The position numbers were made by a program, and so were the translations under genes. This document shows positions 10,310 through 24,196 of a DNA stretch of 64,000 bases, one piece after another. Position 1 is the first letter of the stretch, and every line of letters starts with the position of its first letter. This DNA comes from Batkoa obscura (lineage: Eukaryota). The DNA lies in contig JASVEC010000010.1 of assembly GCA_030770535.1 (NCBI GenBank), positions 1,426,001-1,490,000 of the forward strand, written 5' to 3'. The notes under the pieces are model-generated. The model made no database searches. It was not told the DNA's origin and worked only from the letters and a program-made list of their open reading frames with translations.

Positions 10310-13300
10310 GCATATTTTTTTATTCATTTAGTTTGATTAAACAATACCACTAATAAATAAAAGTTGATTGTTTTTAGTTAAATAGAGATTGTATTATATG
10401 TGAAATCATATTTTGATTGCTATAATTATAAAATATAAAATGATTTTAAAATTCTAATAAAGGAGAAATAAAGGGATATTGGGTAAATAGAAATAAAAAC
10501 TTTATTTTTTCCTTATTAAAATGATTTTTAAATCGATTTTTACTTAGGCATTAAATACCGTATCATTTTATTTGCTCCATGCTTATTTCTGGTTTAAACC
10601 ATATAACTAAAATAAAAATCATGCAATTTCTATTAAGCTTGTGGTAAAGTCAAAATGTATTGTATAATTTATAAATCCGTTGATTTAACTTTATTTCAAA
10701 AAGGAGGAAAAATAGCATTTATTTTTACTAAAAAAGATGAATTTAAAAGGGTAAAAAAAGAGGCTATTTTGACTGCAAAATAATCGCTCAAAGGAGACCA
10801 TTGCTACAAGTCATTGGTTAAAATAACACGAAAAAATATATCATGTTGCAAGGCTTATCGTTCCTGTATAGAATACTTTATCTTTGATAAAAATAACTCA
10901 CTTCATAACACTTAAAAATAGAATATCTAATAATTATAGTCTATAATTATTACTATTATTTTATCATTTGATAACGATTCTATTGCTTCCAATCTAATTA
11001 ATTTGCCAACTTTATTTTGCTATAAATAGTTTTAAAAAGCTTAATTTAATTTGGTGCGGGGATAGCTGTCTACTTTTCTAAAATGTCTATACTTGAAATT
11101 TAGGATGTCAAATGGTATATAACATTGTACTGATTGTCTTTGTTCGTATATTGCATTTGAATTCTAATATTATACATTATACATTACACTATATAATTAA
11201 ATAACAATTTTGCTGATTTAACTAAATTAGCCTGCTTTATTCTAGGCAGTTTTTGATAAATTTTATAGAAGCTACGGCCAATAAAAATATGTAAGTAGGA
11301 ATACTATTTGTTCCAAAAATCATGATCTAACTTTAATTAAATCAGCTGCAAGGTAACACCATATTTATTCTTATAAACATTAGTGAATAAAATATTTTTT
11401 ATAACTTATTTAGAAATAGTAATATTTAGAAATTAGCGTAGAAACTTTAAATAGCAAAAACAACAAAAACAATACTATTAGACCTTATTTATTATATATT
11501 CTATTTAGCAGAATAATGGCGACTGTTTATTATTATATTTTATTTTATTTAAATGAACATTTTATTTCTTAATTATTTAACTGTTATTTAAATTTAGTTG
11601 AACTAACTTGTGGTTCTTTATGCTATTTGCTCAGCCTTTTTAAGTGCTGTGTATACAAATTTATCTTTATTTTAGTTATACAAATTTGGAAATAGAACTC
11701 TGAAAAGTGATATAAAATCGTGTAATTTTATGAATACAACTTAAAACGTTTACATCATAGTAACATGATAGAATAGATCCCATTTCCACAGAAGTGACTT
11801 TAAAATCATAGCGATTTGAGCCAATTTTGAACTTTGAGCATGAGTGTAGATAAAATTATTTGGAATTGCTCTTACTTTAAATATCAGGTTAATATATACA
11901 AATAGATTTTGACAGTGTATTTTTTAATTATACATAGACATTGAAGTATTTAAAAAACAATAAAATTTAACTACTAATGAATATGTCATTTACTCCTTTT
12001 ATCCTTTTAAATTGAGATTGGATTAATTTTGTTTTTTGTTTTTTGGATCGAAAATTAAACATTGAAAATTATAAGCTATTATCCGAAAATTACATATAGA
12101 ATGATAGTTTATAAAACCGTGATAGTATTCATTTCAAAGTGAAATTTATTTTGAAAGCATGAAATTGAATAGCAGGTCCATGAGTTACTTTTTACTATAT
12201 TGGGTAGCATCCGTTTCTTATTATAAATTGCAAACTTGTTTTAATAAATAAATAAATAAAATTGTGGATGTTTAAAGTTATCTATAGTAATATTCTTCAA
12301 GTAAGTTTTCAGCGAACTTTTACTTAAATATTTATTTTCCCTGCTTTTTTACTATCTTGAATTTTAGTAGTTAAGTTTACTATTAGTACAAATCATTTAC
12401 TTAATATAAAATATTGTAGCAACATACTCAATTATTTATTCATTATATACTAATTCTAAAATCCAAAATATAACTATTGCTATCATATTAATCTACAGCC
12501 TTAAAGTTAATTTTATACTTTATACCAAATATGTAGAAAATAGTGCTACTGAAAATAAAAACTTAAATTTAAATAGAATTATAAAATTAGACACAAAAGG
12601 AAATCTAAGATTAAACAGGTTTATCATGTGTAAAAAATGGGCAAATAGTCGTAGAAGCGTAAATTTAAGATTTTAAACTCAGATAGTGATTAAAATAAAA
12701 TAAAAATAAGTGTTAGATATATTTAAAAATATCCAATGATTTTAACACAACTAATATAAAAGAGCAGAAGATAATTATTACGGAAATTAAATAATTAACA
12801 ATTAAAAGCTTCATGCTAATTTTAAAAAACTATCTAGTTAAAAGTAGTCTTTATTACTTATTATTTTTGATATGAAAAATTTATTTATCTATATTTAAAT
12901 AAATTGTTATTTTTTTTCCCAAATACTCAAATATTAATCTAAGCGTTAAAACTATTTAATAGTCAGGATATAAAATACATCAAAGCTGATGCATTTTTAA
13001 ATATGACTATCATTTATACTTAAATAGAACAACCATTTTATGCACTCATGCCTCATCCCTAACCACTCTTACCACAGTAAACTCAATTTTTATGTATGCT
13101 ACTTCTTCTAACTCCGAGATCCTTTTACCCTACCATTCTCTGCTCCTATCTTGCTCTTTACAGGATTAAACAACTTACTATTAATAATTGTTTAATATCC
13201 TATTACTAAAACAGTAATGCTATAATAAACTCGACTCGAGAATAAAGCACTATCTCCTCAAGCATCTAACCATGCCTGCTTCTACAATTATCTTGATTTA

Positions 13301-13949
13301 TTAAAATATTTGCCTAGGTTCTAATATATATCACCCTAAATATCCTCCTCAGTTAATATTATATCAATCAAATAAAATCTATATAAAGCTCACTTTTGAA
13401 TTTTTTAAGAATTTTGTAAACATAAAAATGCTTAAGCTAGCTACTCTTTTTACATTTTTACTCACATCTCTTTATAGTACTCTGATACAAGCTAAGAAAT
13501 CAAAGTTTGGTTATTTGCTAAGTGAGCAAAACTTTTATTCATCTAAAAATATATAAAAAAACAAGTGAAAAAGTAAAAAGAGAAAAGAGTAAGAAGTAGA
13601 ATATAAGGAGAACTAGAAAGACAAATTATATGATTTAGTAAAAAATACTATTAGTTATAAGTTAATCCTTTGAAAATAACTGCATTATTACAAGTACTGC
13701 TAAATCTTGTAAGAAATGTAGAAGGATCCTTTAGTTAAACTTTCTTTTTAGTTTAGTAAAGAATCACCATAAAAAATATACTGTAGTTGGGTTTTTTTTC
13801 AAAGTCTAAACTTAGAGGGTGGTTGTCCTGCTAAATGAAACAATGGTTTGATAAATATTGAGGGGCCATTTAGGAAGAGCTTCAATGCCTTAGATATTTT
13901 AGCTTAATATTACAATAACTTAAAAAATGTCGTTAACCTAAAATATATA

Positions 13950-14680
13950 CCACTCAATAATAAAATGGAATGGGTATTATTATGGCTTTTCCTCTCCAAG
14001 GCAAATCTCCCAAGTATTCTATTAACTAAAACAAAAGTATAAACACTAAAGTTAGTAAACTTTAGGTGCTAGATTATTTGAGGAAGGTTATTTGGAAAAA
14101 CGGCAATGGGATTCAAGGCTTTTTCATCTTTTCAGAAGTGAACAAAGGATATATTAACCGTCTCGTTTTTGTTCTTCATTTTTCTCCATAATTGAATTTG
14201 AAAAGTGGTTATATTAAATGGTAAAGATGAAGGACAGATGGGTTAAATTGAGTTGATATAAAGTTTTTATAAAGGGCCATAAACTTTTAGAGGAGATTAA
14301 AGATCTAACCAGCAACGATATCTTAGACATAGGGTAAATGATTTATTAAATATAGTCAAATAATGATATGGAAATAGGTTGATTTTAAGGGTAATAATGA
14401 TGGGGACTCACCATTATAACATTATGGTATAAGAATTAAATTTATGAAGGATGATGAGATCTAAAATTCAACAATGCAGGCATTTTCCTTGGATGAGTTT
14501 GAATCAAGTAATCATGATTAGAGAAGTAAATCATGTATAGATAAACTTCCTTAGTATGATTGAGAGTTTAAGGCTTAGGCTTATAGATAACGAGAAACTA
14601 ATAAATGGATGGATAGACAGAAATAGTTTACTAATAAATAAGCTATACTCCTTTTTGTAAAAAGCAGGCTGTAGAAATCT
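13950..14680 (-). mobile_element. Possible highly decayed LINE ORF2 (AP-endonuclease) remnant
   Basis: Minus-strand fragments in the expected order resemble KGV, IVAG(D)FN, RL(D)YILCS and S(D)H, each broken by stops or frameshifts. Confidence 0.35.
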
Positions 14681-14683
14681 ATT

Positions 14684-14775
14684 AAGGATATTTTTTTGAC
14701 TTCACCTTTTCCATCTTTCAAGTGCTACTTGAATGGAAAAACTGTTGTAAAATTCTTAAATATAAAAAAATCTCT
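14684..14775 (+). mobile_element. ~97-bp MITE (first of tandem pair)
   Basis: Matches consensus body (ttttccatctttcaagtgctacttgaatggaaaa). Termini degenerate. Confidence 0.75.
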
Positions 14776-14779
14776 ATAC

Positions 14780-14877
14780 GAGGATGTTTTTTTGGATTCA
14801 TTACTTTTTCTATCTTTCAAGCGCTATTTGAGCGGGAAAATTATTAATGAAATTATTAAACACAAAAGTACATCTCC
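14780..14877 (+). mobile_element. ~97-bp MITE (second of tandem pair)
   Basis: gaggatgt...acatctcc, flanks atac/atat. Confidence 0.85.
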
Positions 14878-15621
14878 ATATCTTGATTAGGAGCATTGAA
14901 CTTAGTAAGCAATGAGATGATTTTGTGAGGGTCTAGAAGAAGAGGCTGTCGAATTCAATTATTAAAATATTTAAGATTGAATTCTAATTAATATGATATT
15001 TTAACATTAAGGCCTAGTCTTTTCAAATAAATCGTATATAGCAAAGTAATATAAATTTTCAAAATAAATATTTGAGAAGGATAAAAACTAAAGAATAGTG
15101 GAGAAAAATTAAATAAGAAAACCCTTTCAAAAAGTTAAATAACACTTTAAATGAGTCTTCTGAATACACCTATATAATAGACTAAATATTTAATACAATA
15201 TAGTAAACATTTCAAGAATTCCTTAAACAAAAATAATTTTAACTGGGTTTATGCTAGATGAAAATAATTTAGCTAAACTGAGCATGGAAGTTTAGTCTTT
15301 GACACATTCTGGCTTTTTGGGGCAATATCTGAAATAATTTAAAATGAATACTTTTTATTATCATATAGGAAATTATTTAATGAAATATAATAAACAACAA
15401 ACTACTTAAAACATGACTATAATATCCTAAAAAAAGAAGTATAGAAAATGAATGAATGTTTATCACAAGTCTTGATTCAAAGCACATATAAAACAACAAA
15501 CTTTGAAAATAACGATTTTAATGAGATTATTCTTTAAATTAATGGAATTAGGAATTAAGAAATAAGGATCAAGATGAAAGGGCAAAAGTGTAGAAGGAAA
15601 AAGACAAAATTGATTGGTTTA

Positions 15622-17446
15622 TAGACTACTATGACCATTCAAAGTACGTTTTTGACTTTTTGGCTGGTGAACTATCATAACTTTCATTTCGACTATGATT
15701 ATGAGCTAGACTATGATTATCTGAGTTAAAGTGGGGTGCATATTCGGTTTTAGGATCTATCTCTATCTCATCGCTATCCACATCAATATTATACCAATCT
15801 TTTGGTATATTTTGAAGTTGGATAGAAGGTGTAATTTCCGCTCTTTTGAGTACTTCCATGACTTGTTGGATTGTATCATTAATATCTTTTTTTGTATTCA
15901 AATTGGCTATATTCTCATTTGCTTTAATTTCTAAATTAGCTTTCCATCCATCTGTCCCAATAAAAGAATTCTCTGGTAACATATCCTCCAATTCAACACC
16001 CAATGCTACCCCAGTTTCTAATGTCCAAGTTCTAGCTACATTTTGGGTAGTATAGCCACCTCCACCAAGTACAACTAAAGGTAAATTAAATGATTTGATA
16101 TAATTTAGACATTGTGAATGTCCTTTATTGGACAAGTTAAACCCACCAAGTCGATCACCTGCAACTGAATCAGCTCCCATTTGTAATACAATTACCTCAG
16201 GATTATATCGATTTATACATTCAAAAACAATTTTATTAAAAATTGTTTCATAATCTTGATCATTAATACCTCTTTTCAAAGGAACATTAATTGAATAATT
16301 TGTTCCAATTCCACTTCCACTTTCTTTAGTTTCTCCAGTAGCTGGGAAAAAGTCTCCATATTGATGAAAAGATAGAGTCATAACTCGATTACTTTCATAA
16401 AAGAACTGCTCAACACCATCACCATGATGAACATCAATATCAATATATAATACACGTTGATGATATCTCAAAAGATCAATAATACATGCTACAATATCAT
16501 TAGCAAAGCAAAAACCAGATGCACTTGCCTTTTTAGCATGATGCATACCACCTGCCCAATTGATACAGATATCTGAAGTACCTTGGTTAATATTTTTAGC
16601 ACAAAGTAAACTTCCTCCAACTGTACTTGACATGTAGTCATATACACCTTTAAATAATGGACAGTCTTCATCTAAACTATGTGTCCTTTTATTTGTATTA
16701 TAATTTTTATTTATGGTGGATGGCGTAAAATTGCGAATATAGTCAATGTATTCTGGAGAGTGAATAGCCTTCAGTTGGTTTTCAGTTGCTTTATCATAAA
16801 TAAACACACTTAAAGAGTCAAATAAATTATAGTTTTTGACAAGCTCATGGGTCATATCAACACGAACAGGCTCCATAGGATGACATGGAGAGAAATAATA
16901 AGATTGTTCGCCAGGTGCATAAAAATAGCCAACATTACGACCCATATTGTTTAATGATTAAGTGATCAAAAAATGAATGGTTGGATCTTAAAAATTTCCA
17001 GTTCATTACTTTTGAATTCCATGACTTAGAAATTTTGCACAGTAATAAATTGGAAAATGATAGTTATTCTTTGCAGAAACTATTCTAATAAATCCGATTT
17101 TTAAAATATTGCAGTTTGCTGGTAATATTAATTTTTTACTTTCAGCCAATAGTTTTTTAATGAATATTAGAAATGAAGATTTTCTCATGTAAAAGTATTT
17201 ATTATTAAAGTGCTAAATCTATATATTATTATATTCATTATCTTAATAATTGCAGTAAGACTTTATCAAACACTAAGCATTATTATATAAGTAGAATTGA
17301 ATATAGATTTAATAATATTTTTAAAGTAAAATAGTAGCATTTAAATCTAATATTTCTAAAGTGTTACTGTTACAATTAATTTGTTTCATTAAATTTACCT
17401 CAATTTCTTTTTTTAGTTTAATACTTTTATCATATTTTGTATATTT
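15622..17446 (-). repeat. Left arm of 1,825-bp inverted duplication (partner 33164-34988)
   Basis: Reverse-complement identity. The ORF track gives identical translations in all frames; one mismatch noticed at 17416/33194. Confidence 0.95.
15629..16945 (-). CDS. Class I histone deacetylase (Rpd3/HDAC1-like, divergent), copy 1, intronless
   Basis: DCPLF, NWAGGMHHAKK, SGFC, YIDIDVHHGDGVE, GADS..GDRLG and GGGGYT catalytic and Zn-binding motifs are intact. Confidence 0.95.
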   Translation of the reverse strand: MGRNVGYFYAPGEQSYYFSPCHPMEPVRVDMTHELVKNYNLFDSLSVFIYDKATENQLKAIHSPEYIDYIRNFTPSTINKNYNTNKRTHSLDEDCPLFKGVYDYMSSTVGGSLLCAKNINQGTSDICINWAGGMHHAKKASASGFCFANDIVACIIDLLRYHQRVLYIDIDVHHGDGVEQFFYESNRVMTLSFHQYGDFFPATGETKESGSGIGTNYSINVPLKRGINDQDYETIFNKIVFECINRYNPEVIVLQMGADSVAGDRLGGFNLSNKGHSQCLNYIKSFNLPLVVLGGGGYTTQNVARTWTLETGVALGVELEDMLPENSFIGTDGWKANLEIKANENIANLNTKKDINDTIQQVMEVLKRAEITPSIQLQNIPKDWYNIDVDSDEIEIDPKTEYAPHFNSDNHSLAHNHSRNESYDSSPAKKSKTYFEWS

Positions 17447-18115
17447 GCTATTCTTCTAAAATGATTATACAGGACTTTTAATTCCTTAGCAGTATATTTG
17501 ATATTTATAACACACTATACTGCTATACTAAGCAATGTAGTTCAAAATGTGGCACAGTTATAATATTCAAATTTTATAAACTTGCAAAACTTAGTATATC
17601 TTAATTTGAGGTTTACCCCACTTATTGCTCCTTTTCAAATATTTTTTTGTAAAAGATTAAGTGATATTTTATTTATTGTGTTTTATCAAACTTAGAACAC
17701 TATTATTATTATTATTATATCCTTACTGAATGTTAGATATCAATTGATTAAATCAATTAAACTGATAAATTATGGGAATCTATTTATTAAAATAGTTACT
17801 TTAAGCGGTACGATTTTTATCACTGTTATTGTTATCATTTTCGGAAATTTCTATGATTTATATGAAAGCATCCATCTATATATATTTACTTTGAAATAGA
17901 CATATCTGTAGTAGTTGGGATTTTTTTAACTTATATAATGGATATTCTAATCGGCGAGAATAAGTAAACACCACCTAAGTTGTTCATTTGGTCTAGAGGT
18001 TAAGATACAGACCAACACCTTGCAATTTATACACGTTTAGATTAGTAACCAATCTAAGATCATATAAGTTAATAAAGGTAATAAATCGTTGTTGTTTTCT
18101 TTCTAAAGTATATAT

Positions 18116-18211
18116 GAGTATTTTTTTTGATTTCATCACTTTTTCATCTTTTAAGGATTATTTGAGTGGAAAAATTGTTAGTAAAATTCTTGAGCAAAAA
18201 AATATATCCTC
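18116..18211 (+). mobile_element. ~97-bp MITE
   Basis: Consensus body, ends atatcctc, TSD atat/atat. Confidence 0.8.
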
Positions 18212-20409
18212 ATATACTGAAACGAAGTTAATACCAATATTTTTATATAAAGAAGGGATTTAACACGTAAAATCCAAAGGATTATCATCATAGAAATCTA
18301 ATACCTAATAAATATTTAAAAATTAATCCCTGAGTCACTTGAATATGCCTTACCAACGTATGGGAGTCTAAATTTTTTTAGCAGATAATACAAGGAATGG
18401 ATTCAATAGAACGTTTTGTGAATTTCAGAAATTCCTTTCAAAGGAGCTCATGTATATCCAGCACTGGACTAAATTCCATCAAAAATAGCATGAAAATCTT
18501 AGGGAATAAATGGAGAAAAAACAATATATTTCATAAATCCTAGTTTCCCATAGAGTGAAATTTTTATGTTTGAGTACTTTTATGAAATTCAGTAGTCTTA
18601 AATAATCAAACTTGAAGTATAGAAGGGTCAACCATAAAAACTGTTTAAATTATTCATTTTTACACTCACATTTCTTAAATTCTTAAAACAGCTCTAGAGG
18701 TCCCAGGCGGTTTTTTGAAATTTATAAAATCATTGCTCTTTAGTTTAAAACATATGCAGATATAGTAACTTATGCCATTTCGATCTATATCATTTATTCT
18801 TAAATTACTCCTTTAGTATATAGATTGATATCCATATTAGTACCTTATAACTTGAGCAGATTTGTATACAGCAATTGATCTAATTATATGTTTATTTTTC
18901 ATTCTATTGGTCAATATGCAATACAGTATCTTATAGGATAAGATATAATACAAGCTATTAGTAATAATGATTTGCAGGATTTCCACTCATCACTGCTCTT
19001 TAAAATAAAAAATCTGAACAAATTAGTTATTTTCTGTTTCTCTTGGAAGGCATGGCCGCTAAGTATTTTATTAACTAAAATGAGACGATTAAATACTAGA
19101 TGTTGTGACCATTAGGAACTACACCATTAATGCTTGCCTTATGGAAGCATAGGAAGAGGATCCAAACTCATCTTATCTTTTGCAAATTGAGAAAGACGAA
19201 ATAGTTCCACTTCAACTCCCACTTTGATAATAATTCTTATTATATGTGGTGAGCAGTGGGATTGAAAGGTAAGAATGAGGGGGTAGGATGATTAAATTGT
19301 AAGCTAACAAAGGTTTTGTGTAGATTGTTAATCTAAATTTATTTTGACAATAATTCTCTAAAAGTAAACAAAATTTAAAAAATCGTGAGGTAAGTTTTTA
19401 TGAATAAAGCAAAAAATGATGACTTTATATAATTTAATGTTTTGTTTTGTTCATTTTTATTTACATTTAAATATCAAAAAGTTTTGTATCAGCTTGCTGA
19501 GATTTTCTTTAGAGATGCAGTATATCGAAGATCAATCGTCACTGTCCCTTCCATAATATCTATTAAACTAATATGCCAATAACAAGCTACATATAAAGAA
19601 ATAAGTGAGGAAAAGTGAAAGACATAAATAGAATTCAAAAAATCGCCTTTATAGAAACTTGAAGTCTAAAAAAACTTTTAATAGATCTATTTTTAGTCAC
19701 CTGATTATGACTTTTATTGGTAGAAATATGCTAAATTCTTTTATCAGGTAATGACATTTAAGAAAAAGAAATTGGTTATGGTATTAGAATAAAGTGAGTA
19801 AAAGATCGAAGTTTTTTGATAAAGGATTATTTTGTCATAAAGTAAAATTAATAGGATGTTAACATAATTTAAAGTAATATATTGCGTTTTATTTAAATAG
19901 AATGATTAAAGCTAAAGTTAATGTTAAGGTTAGGGCTGGTCAATCTAATTTCATCTTTTAATTTATTTAGCGTTTTCTTTGAACATTCATTTTCTTTGCT
20001 TTACTAAGGTAAATTTTAGGCTTTTTTAAGCTATTCACTTACTCACCTTACTCCAATACCGTAATCAAGAAATTTAAGGAGGGATGGATCTTAAAGCTCT
20101 GAGCTTAAAACACAAAGAGCTATGTATACGCCCATATCTCTTGACTGGGATCTTTTAAGGACTATAAATATATAGCTTTGAAATTATATTTCTTTATAGC
20201 TTGTAGATTTTACTATGAAGTAAAATTAATATTTTAAAGTTATATCATTTTTTGTAATTTGGTTATCTAGTTTAAAATAAGGGGCTTATTATTTTTAAAT
20301 AATAGATTCACTTTGAAAAAGCAGTAATAGGGAATTCAATATTTAATAGTGCTATAAAATAAAACAAAATAAAACAAAATAAACTAATGTGTGACTGTTT
20401 TTAGCATAT

Positions 20410-20507
20410 GGGGATGTTTTTTTGACTTCATCACTTTTTCCATCTCTTAAGGATTATTTGAGTGGAAAAGCTGTTAGTAAAATTTTTAAATACAGAAATA
20501 CATCCTC
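20410..20507 (+). mobile_element. ~97-bp MITE
   Basis: ggggatgt...acatcctc, TSD atat/atat. Confidence 0.9.
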
Positions 20508-20570
20508 ATATACCATCACAAATAAATATTATATAACATGTTTTAAAATCTATTAATTTTATTAATATAT

Positions 20571-20663
20571 GGGGATGTTTTTTTGATTTCATTACTTTTC
20601 CATTTTTTAAACGCTATCTGAGTGGAAAGATTGTTAGTAAAATTCTTAAAAAAACACATCCCC
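20571..20663 (+). mobile_element. ~97-bp MITE
   Basis: ggggatgt...acatcccc, TSD atat/atat. Confidence 0.9.
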
Positions 20664-20776
20664 ATATATTACAATCCAGTTTATTTTTGATTTACTTTGA
20701 ATTCATAGTGTTTGTTTTACAACTAAAAATAAAAAAACGAATCTCTAATATCTTTTAATGAAATCGAGCATAAACT

Positions 20777-21872
20777 TTATTTAGATTCTTCCTCATCATC
20801 ACTTTCAGCTAAAGCTTCATAGACAGTAATCTTTTCTTCTTTATCTTCAGTTACGACTGGAATATATTTTGGTAAATCAAATTCTGGTTTTTCAGAATAA
20901 ACTGGAAGGTCTTCATTAGCTACTTGTTCATATTCCTGGGTATAATTACGACGATAATAAATATAACCAAACACTGGTACATAAATTAACATAGAAACTA
21001 ATAATCCACCAAGTGCTCCATAACAGATATATGTAAGTAATTCTAATAAATCAATTCCATTATATCTATATTTCATCGATTGGGGTTTACTATGTTTATG
21101 ATGATGTCCTATAAAATAATTTAAAACATGTTAAAAAACAGTTATTATATATTTTACCATGATGATGTCCACCTCTCTTAGTATCCTTTGAAGAAAGGGT
21201 ATCTGAAATTTGACGAACTAAAGTACCATCTTGATAAAGGTCTAAAACATGTTCTACAAATTCTTCTTGTTGAATTTGTTTACCATTTAGTTCTAATATC
21301 TTTTCTTTAATAGTAATATGACGACCTAATATTGGTGAACTGGACATCTTTGTTTCATCAATGATGGCAAAATCTTCCACACTTGAAGCTAATGAAATAC
21401 TTAATATTCCTTCATCAAATTGAGATGTTACAATTTTAGTTTGCCAGTCTGAAAGTCCTGCTTGCACATAGGTGGCATTAATTGTAGTAATGACACTTTC
21501 TCCTAATGGCGCTGCTTTTTTGCCATTAAGTAAAAGCTAATTTATAAAGTTGGTAATTATTAATAAATCAAAAATTAAAAAGTGAATTACCATATCATCT
21601 TCAACTTCAAAGTTAAGGTTAACAGAGTATAAACGTTCAGCTAAAACCTCTCCATTTTTATTAGAGATTTCATCAATACGTTTAACATTAACAATGAAGT
21701 TATTGACATTGCTTGGGTCACTGGAAAGTTTAACAGAAGTTTTACTTTTATCAGTGAATGGCGAAGCTAAATATTTAAAAATTAGAAATTAAATCTAAAG
21801 AAACTAATCTATCAAAGTACCTGCAATCAACGAAGTAAATAATACACTTAAAGTTGGATAAATAAATTTCAT
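20777..21872 (-). CDS. Type I membrane protein of unknown function with cytosolic LPxY motifs, 4 exons
   Basis: Signal-like start MKFIYPTLSVLFTSLIA. Exons join through ORFs 21096-21467 and 20777-21076. One TM helix, and LPVY and LPKY in an acidic tail. Confidence 0.78.
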
Positions 21873-24196
21873 TTTATAAAGAATAAATAGAAACTAAAAA
21901 GAATAAAGCTTAAAAAAATGATAAACTGCAATTAATTAGTAATTTTCAAATGATTAATTGAAACGCCGTAAATTTATTAATAATCAATCATTTTTCAATA
22001 TAATTTTATTTCATTGGTTAATTTAAAAATGTGCTTAAAATCAGCTAAAAATCAGTTTGTTCAATGATATTTGATAAAAAAAACTTTATATGGGCAAGAT
22101 CAGACCCTTTCATTAAGCGGAAACTTATCTCTAAAAAAGTACAAAAATAAATCTCCCTTAATACTGGCATCTTTCTTTTTTTTATTGCCAAGGATTAAAC
22201 AAAATAAAAAATAATGCAATTGTTGCACTTAACTATCAGGGTGGAATGAAATAGGGCTGATCTTTAAAAATAAAATTTGGTTTAGTAGTCCAACTTTTAG
22301 TCAAAATTTCGATCCTGACAATTTTTTTAAATAGCGATATTTTAAAATTGACAACTTCAGTTGACTTCATTCTTAATAGCTGGGTTACATTATATTAAAT
22401 TTTATTAAACTAGAAACATAATATTAATTAATAAATCTTCTATTCTACAGAATAAGTCTATTGTGTTATAAAATAAGCCTCAATAGAAGTAAAATAATCT
22501 TATGTTTTAAATTAATGGATTCAACTTTTCAATGGACCATAGTTAATTAATTGAAAGTTCTTAAAATTTTAATTAAAATTGAATGAATGCTGTTAAAAAA
22601 TAAGCCTAAATCCAATTATAAAATTTCAATAGCTTTTAATACTCTATTAAAGCTCTATTGCGGCATAACTGATCATAATTTTTAGAGTTAGCTGTTAGTT
22701 TAGTTGATTATTTCGACATCTGGTCTTTAGTTATTACATCAATTTTAACAAAATTCATTACTAAATGAACAATTGATTGAGTTACAATAGAGATATAATA
22801 GCAATAGCTATAAAATTCAAAAAATCATAGCTTCTAAATCCAAAGATTGTGATTATATAAATGTCTCAAACCTAACTAAATGAAAGGCTTATCTTATCAT
22901 TACTTAACTATTTATTATTATTTTAATACACTAATATTATGGAAACTGTAGTTAATTTTATTATTAATAAAAATAGATTAATAAATAGTACAATTTGTAT
23001 TAGTAAGCAAATATTATTAGTAAATTAAAGTTTTAAAGCTGCCAAATTTTTAAACTCAAAAGCTTAAGTTAATTTATAGATTCATTTTTCAGTTTTTCTC
23101 AAATTGGGGTTATAATATTGAAATTCCAATTTTAATATGGTTTGAATTAAGGTTAAAATAAATTTCAATGAGGAGATTATTTAATATATTAATATTAAAC
23201 ACTGTTGATATGTAAAACTTAAATAGAAAGTTTATCATTATCGTTATCATTATCATTATACATATTATTATTTTATAAAATGAATAAAATAGAATAGTGG
23301 TATATTCAAATAATACAAAATTATTGATGGCGGAAAATATTTAAATTGTATAAAAGAATAAAACGTTATAAAAAAAAGAAAAAAAAGCATAAAGACAATA
23401 TCAATTCAGGGGAAAATAAAACCAAAGTAAAAATTAAAAGGTAGAAGTCTTTTAAAGGGACAAAAGCTCAATAAATAAGGCAAAATAGGATATTAAAAAA
23501 ATATGGCATTATTGAAAATAGCTTATTTTCTACTCAGGGTTAACTTTAAACCCTTAATAACCTTTATTTTTTTGATATTTTAAGTAGCGATTTCAATGTA
23601 AATATTAAAAAAGGTTCCAATTCAATTAATCTTATGATTGGTTGATCATTGATGTTAACTTTCTTAAAAAAGAAAGTTTTAATCTTAACATATATCACAA
23701 TGGGTTGATAATCTCTTTTATCCTACTGCTTAAATGTGGGGTAAATCAAAAATAATGATAAAGAATAAGCATCAACAATTAGTTTATTAACAAAATGATA
23801 TGTTTATTCGACTATTAGCATAGTTACACAGTATAATGGAGGACTTATATTGTATTATAATAGTAGATAATATTATATCAGATTGAGAATTAAGTGATAA
23901 GTTTTTAATCATAATGTTTTTATTGAGATTTGTAGTTAAATTTTTTATTAAGGCAAAAACTTCACGTAATTTGGTTAATGGCATAAATTTTCTTAAAGCA
24001 TATAAAATCCTCTTATTTATTAATTACCTTTTCTCTATTGGTGGAACTAGTTTTTAGTTGATTTAAGTAATAGAATTCAAGTGCATAAACCACCTGAATC
24101 ATTATAAATATAAATAAAAATACTAATTTTTTTCAAAGTAGTTAAACTAGTTTTTTTTTATAAATTTTATATAAAAAAAGATTTAATTTTTTATAA

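Noticed and set aside
14696..14890. 64-aa ORF (and the similar 46799-47095 ORF)
   Set aside because: Read through MITE sequence, with no protein-like features.
15731..17188. Small ORFs repeated identically at 33422-34879, including the 60-aa upstream ORF
   Set aside because: Their identity simply reflects the DNA duplication. No independent coding evidence.
17979..18040. tggtctagaggttaagat resembling a tRNA D-arm/A-box
   Set aside because: No GTTC B-box, anticodon arm or acceptor stem could be built. tRNAscan-SE would settle it.
19000..19350. Purine-skewed stretch that might be a LINE 3' remnant
   Set aside because: Minus-strand translation has many stops and no convincing RT or zinc-knuckle motif.
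22110..22158. Possible half MITE (ttaagcggaaa...acaaaaataaatctccc)
   Set aside because: Only two short matches, with no 5' terminus or TSD.
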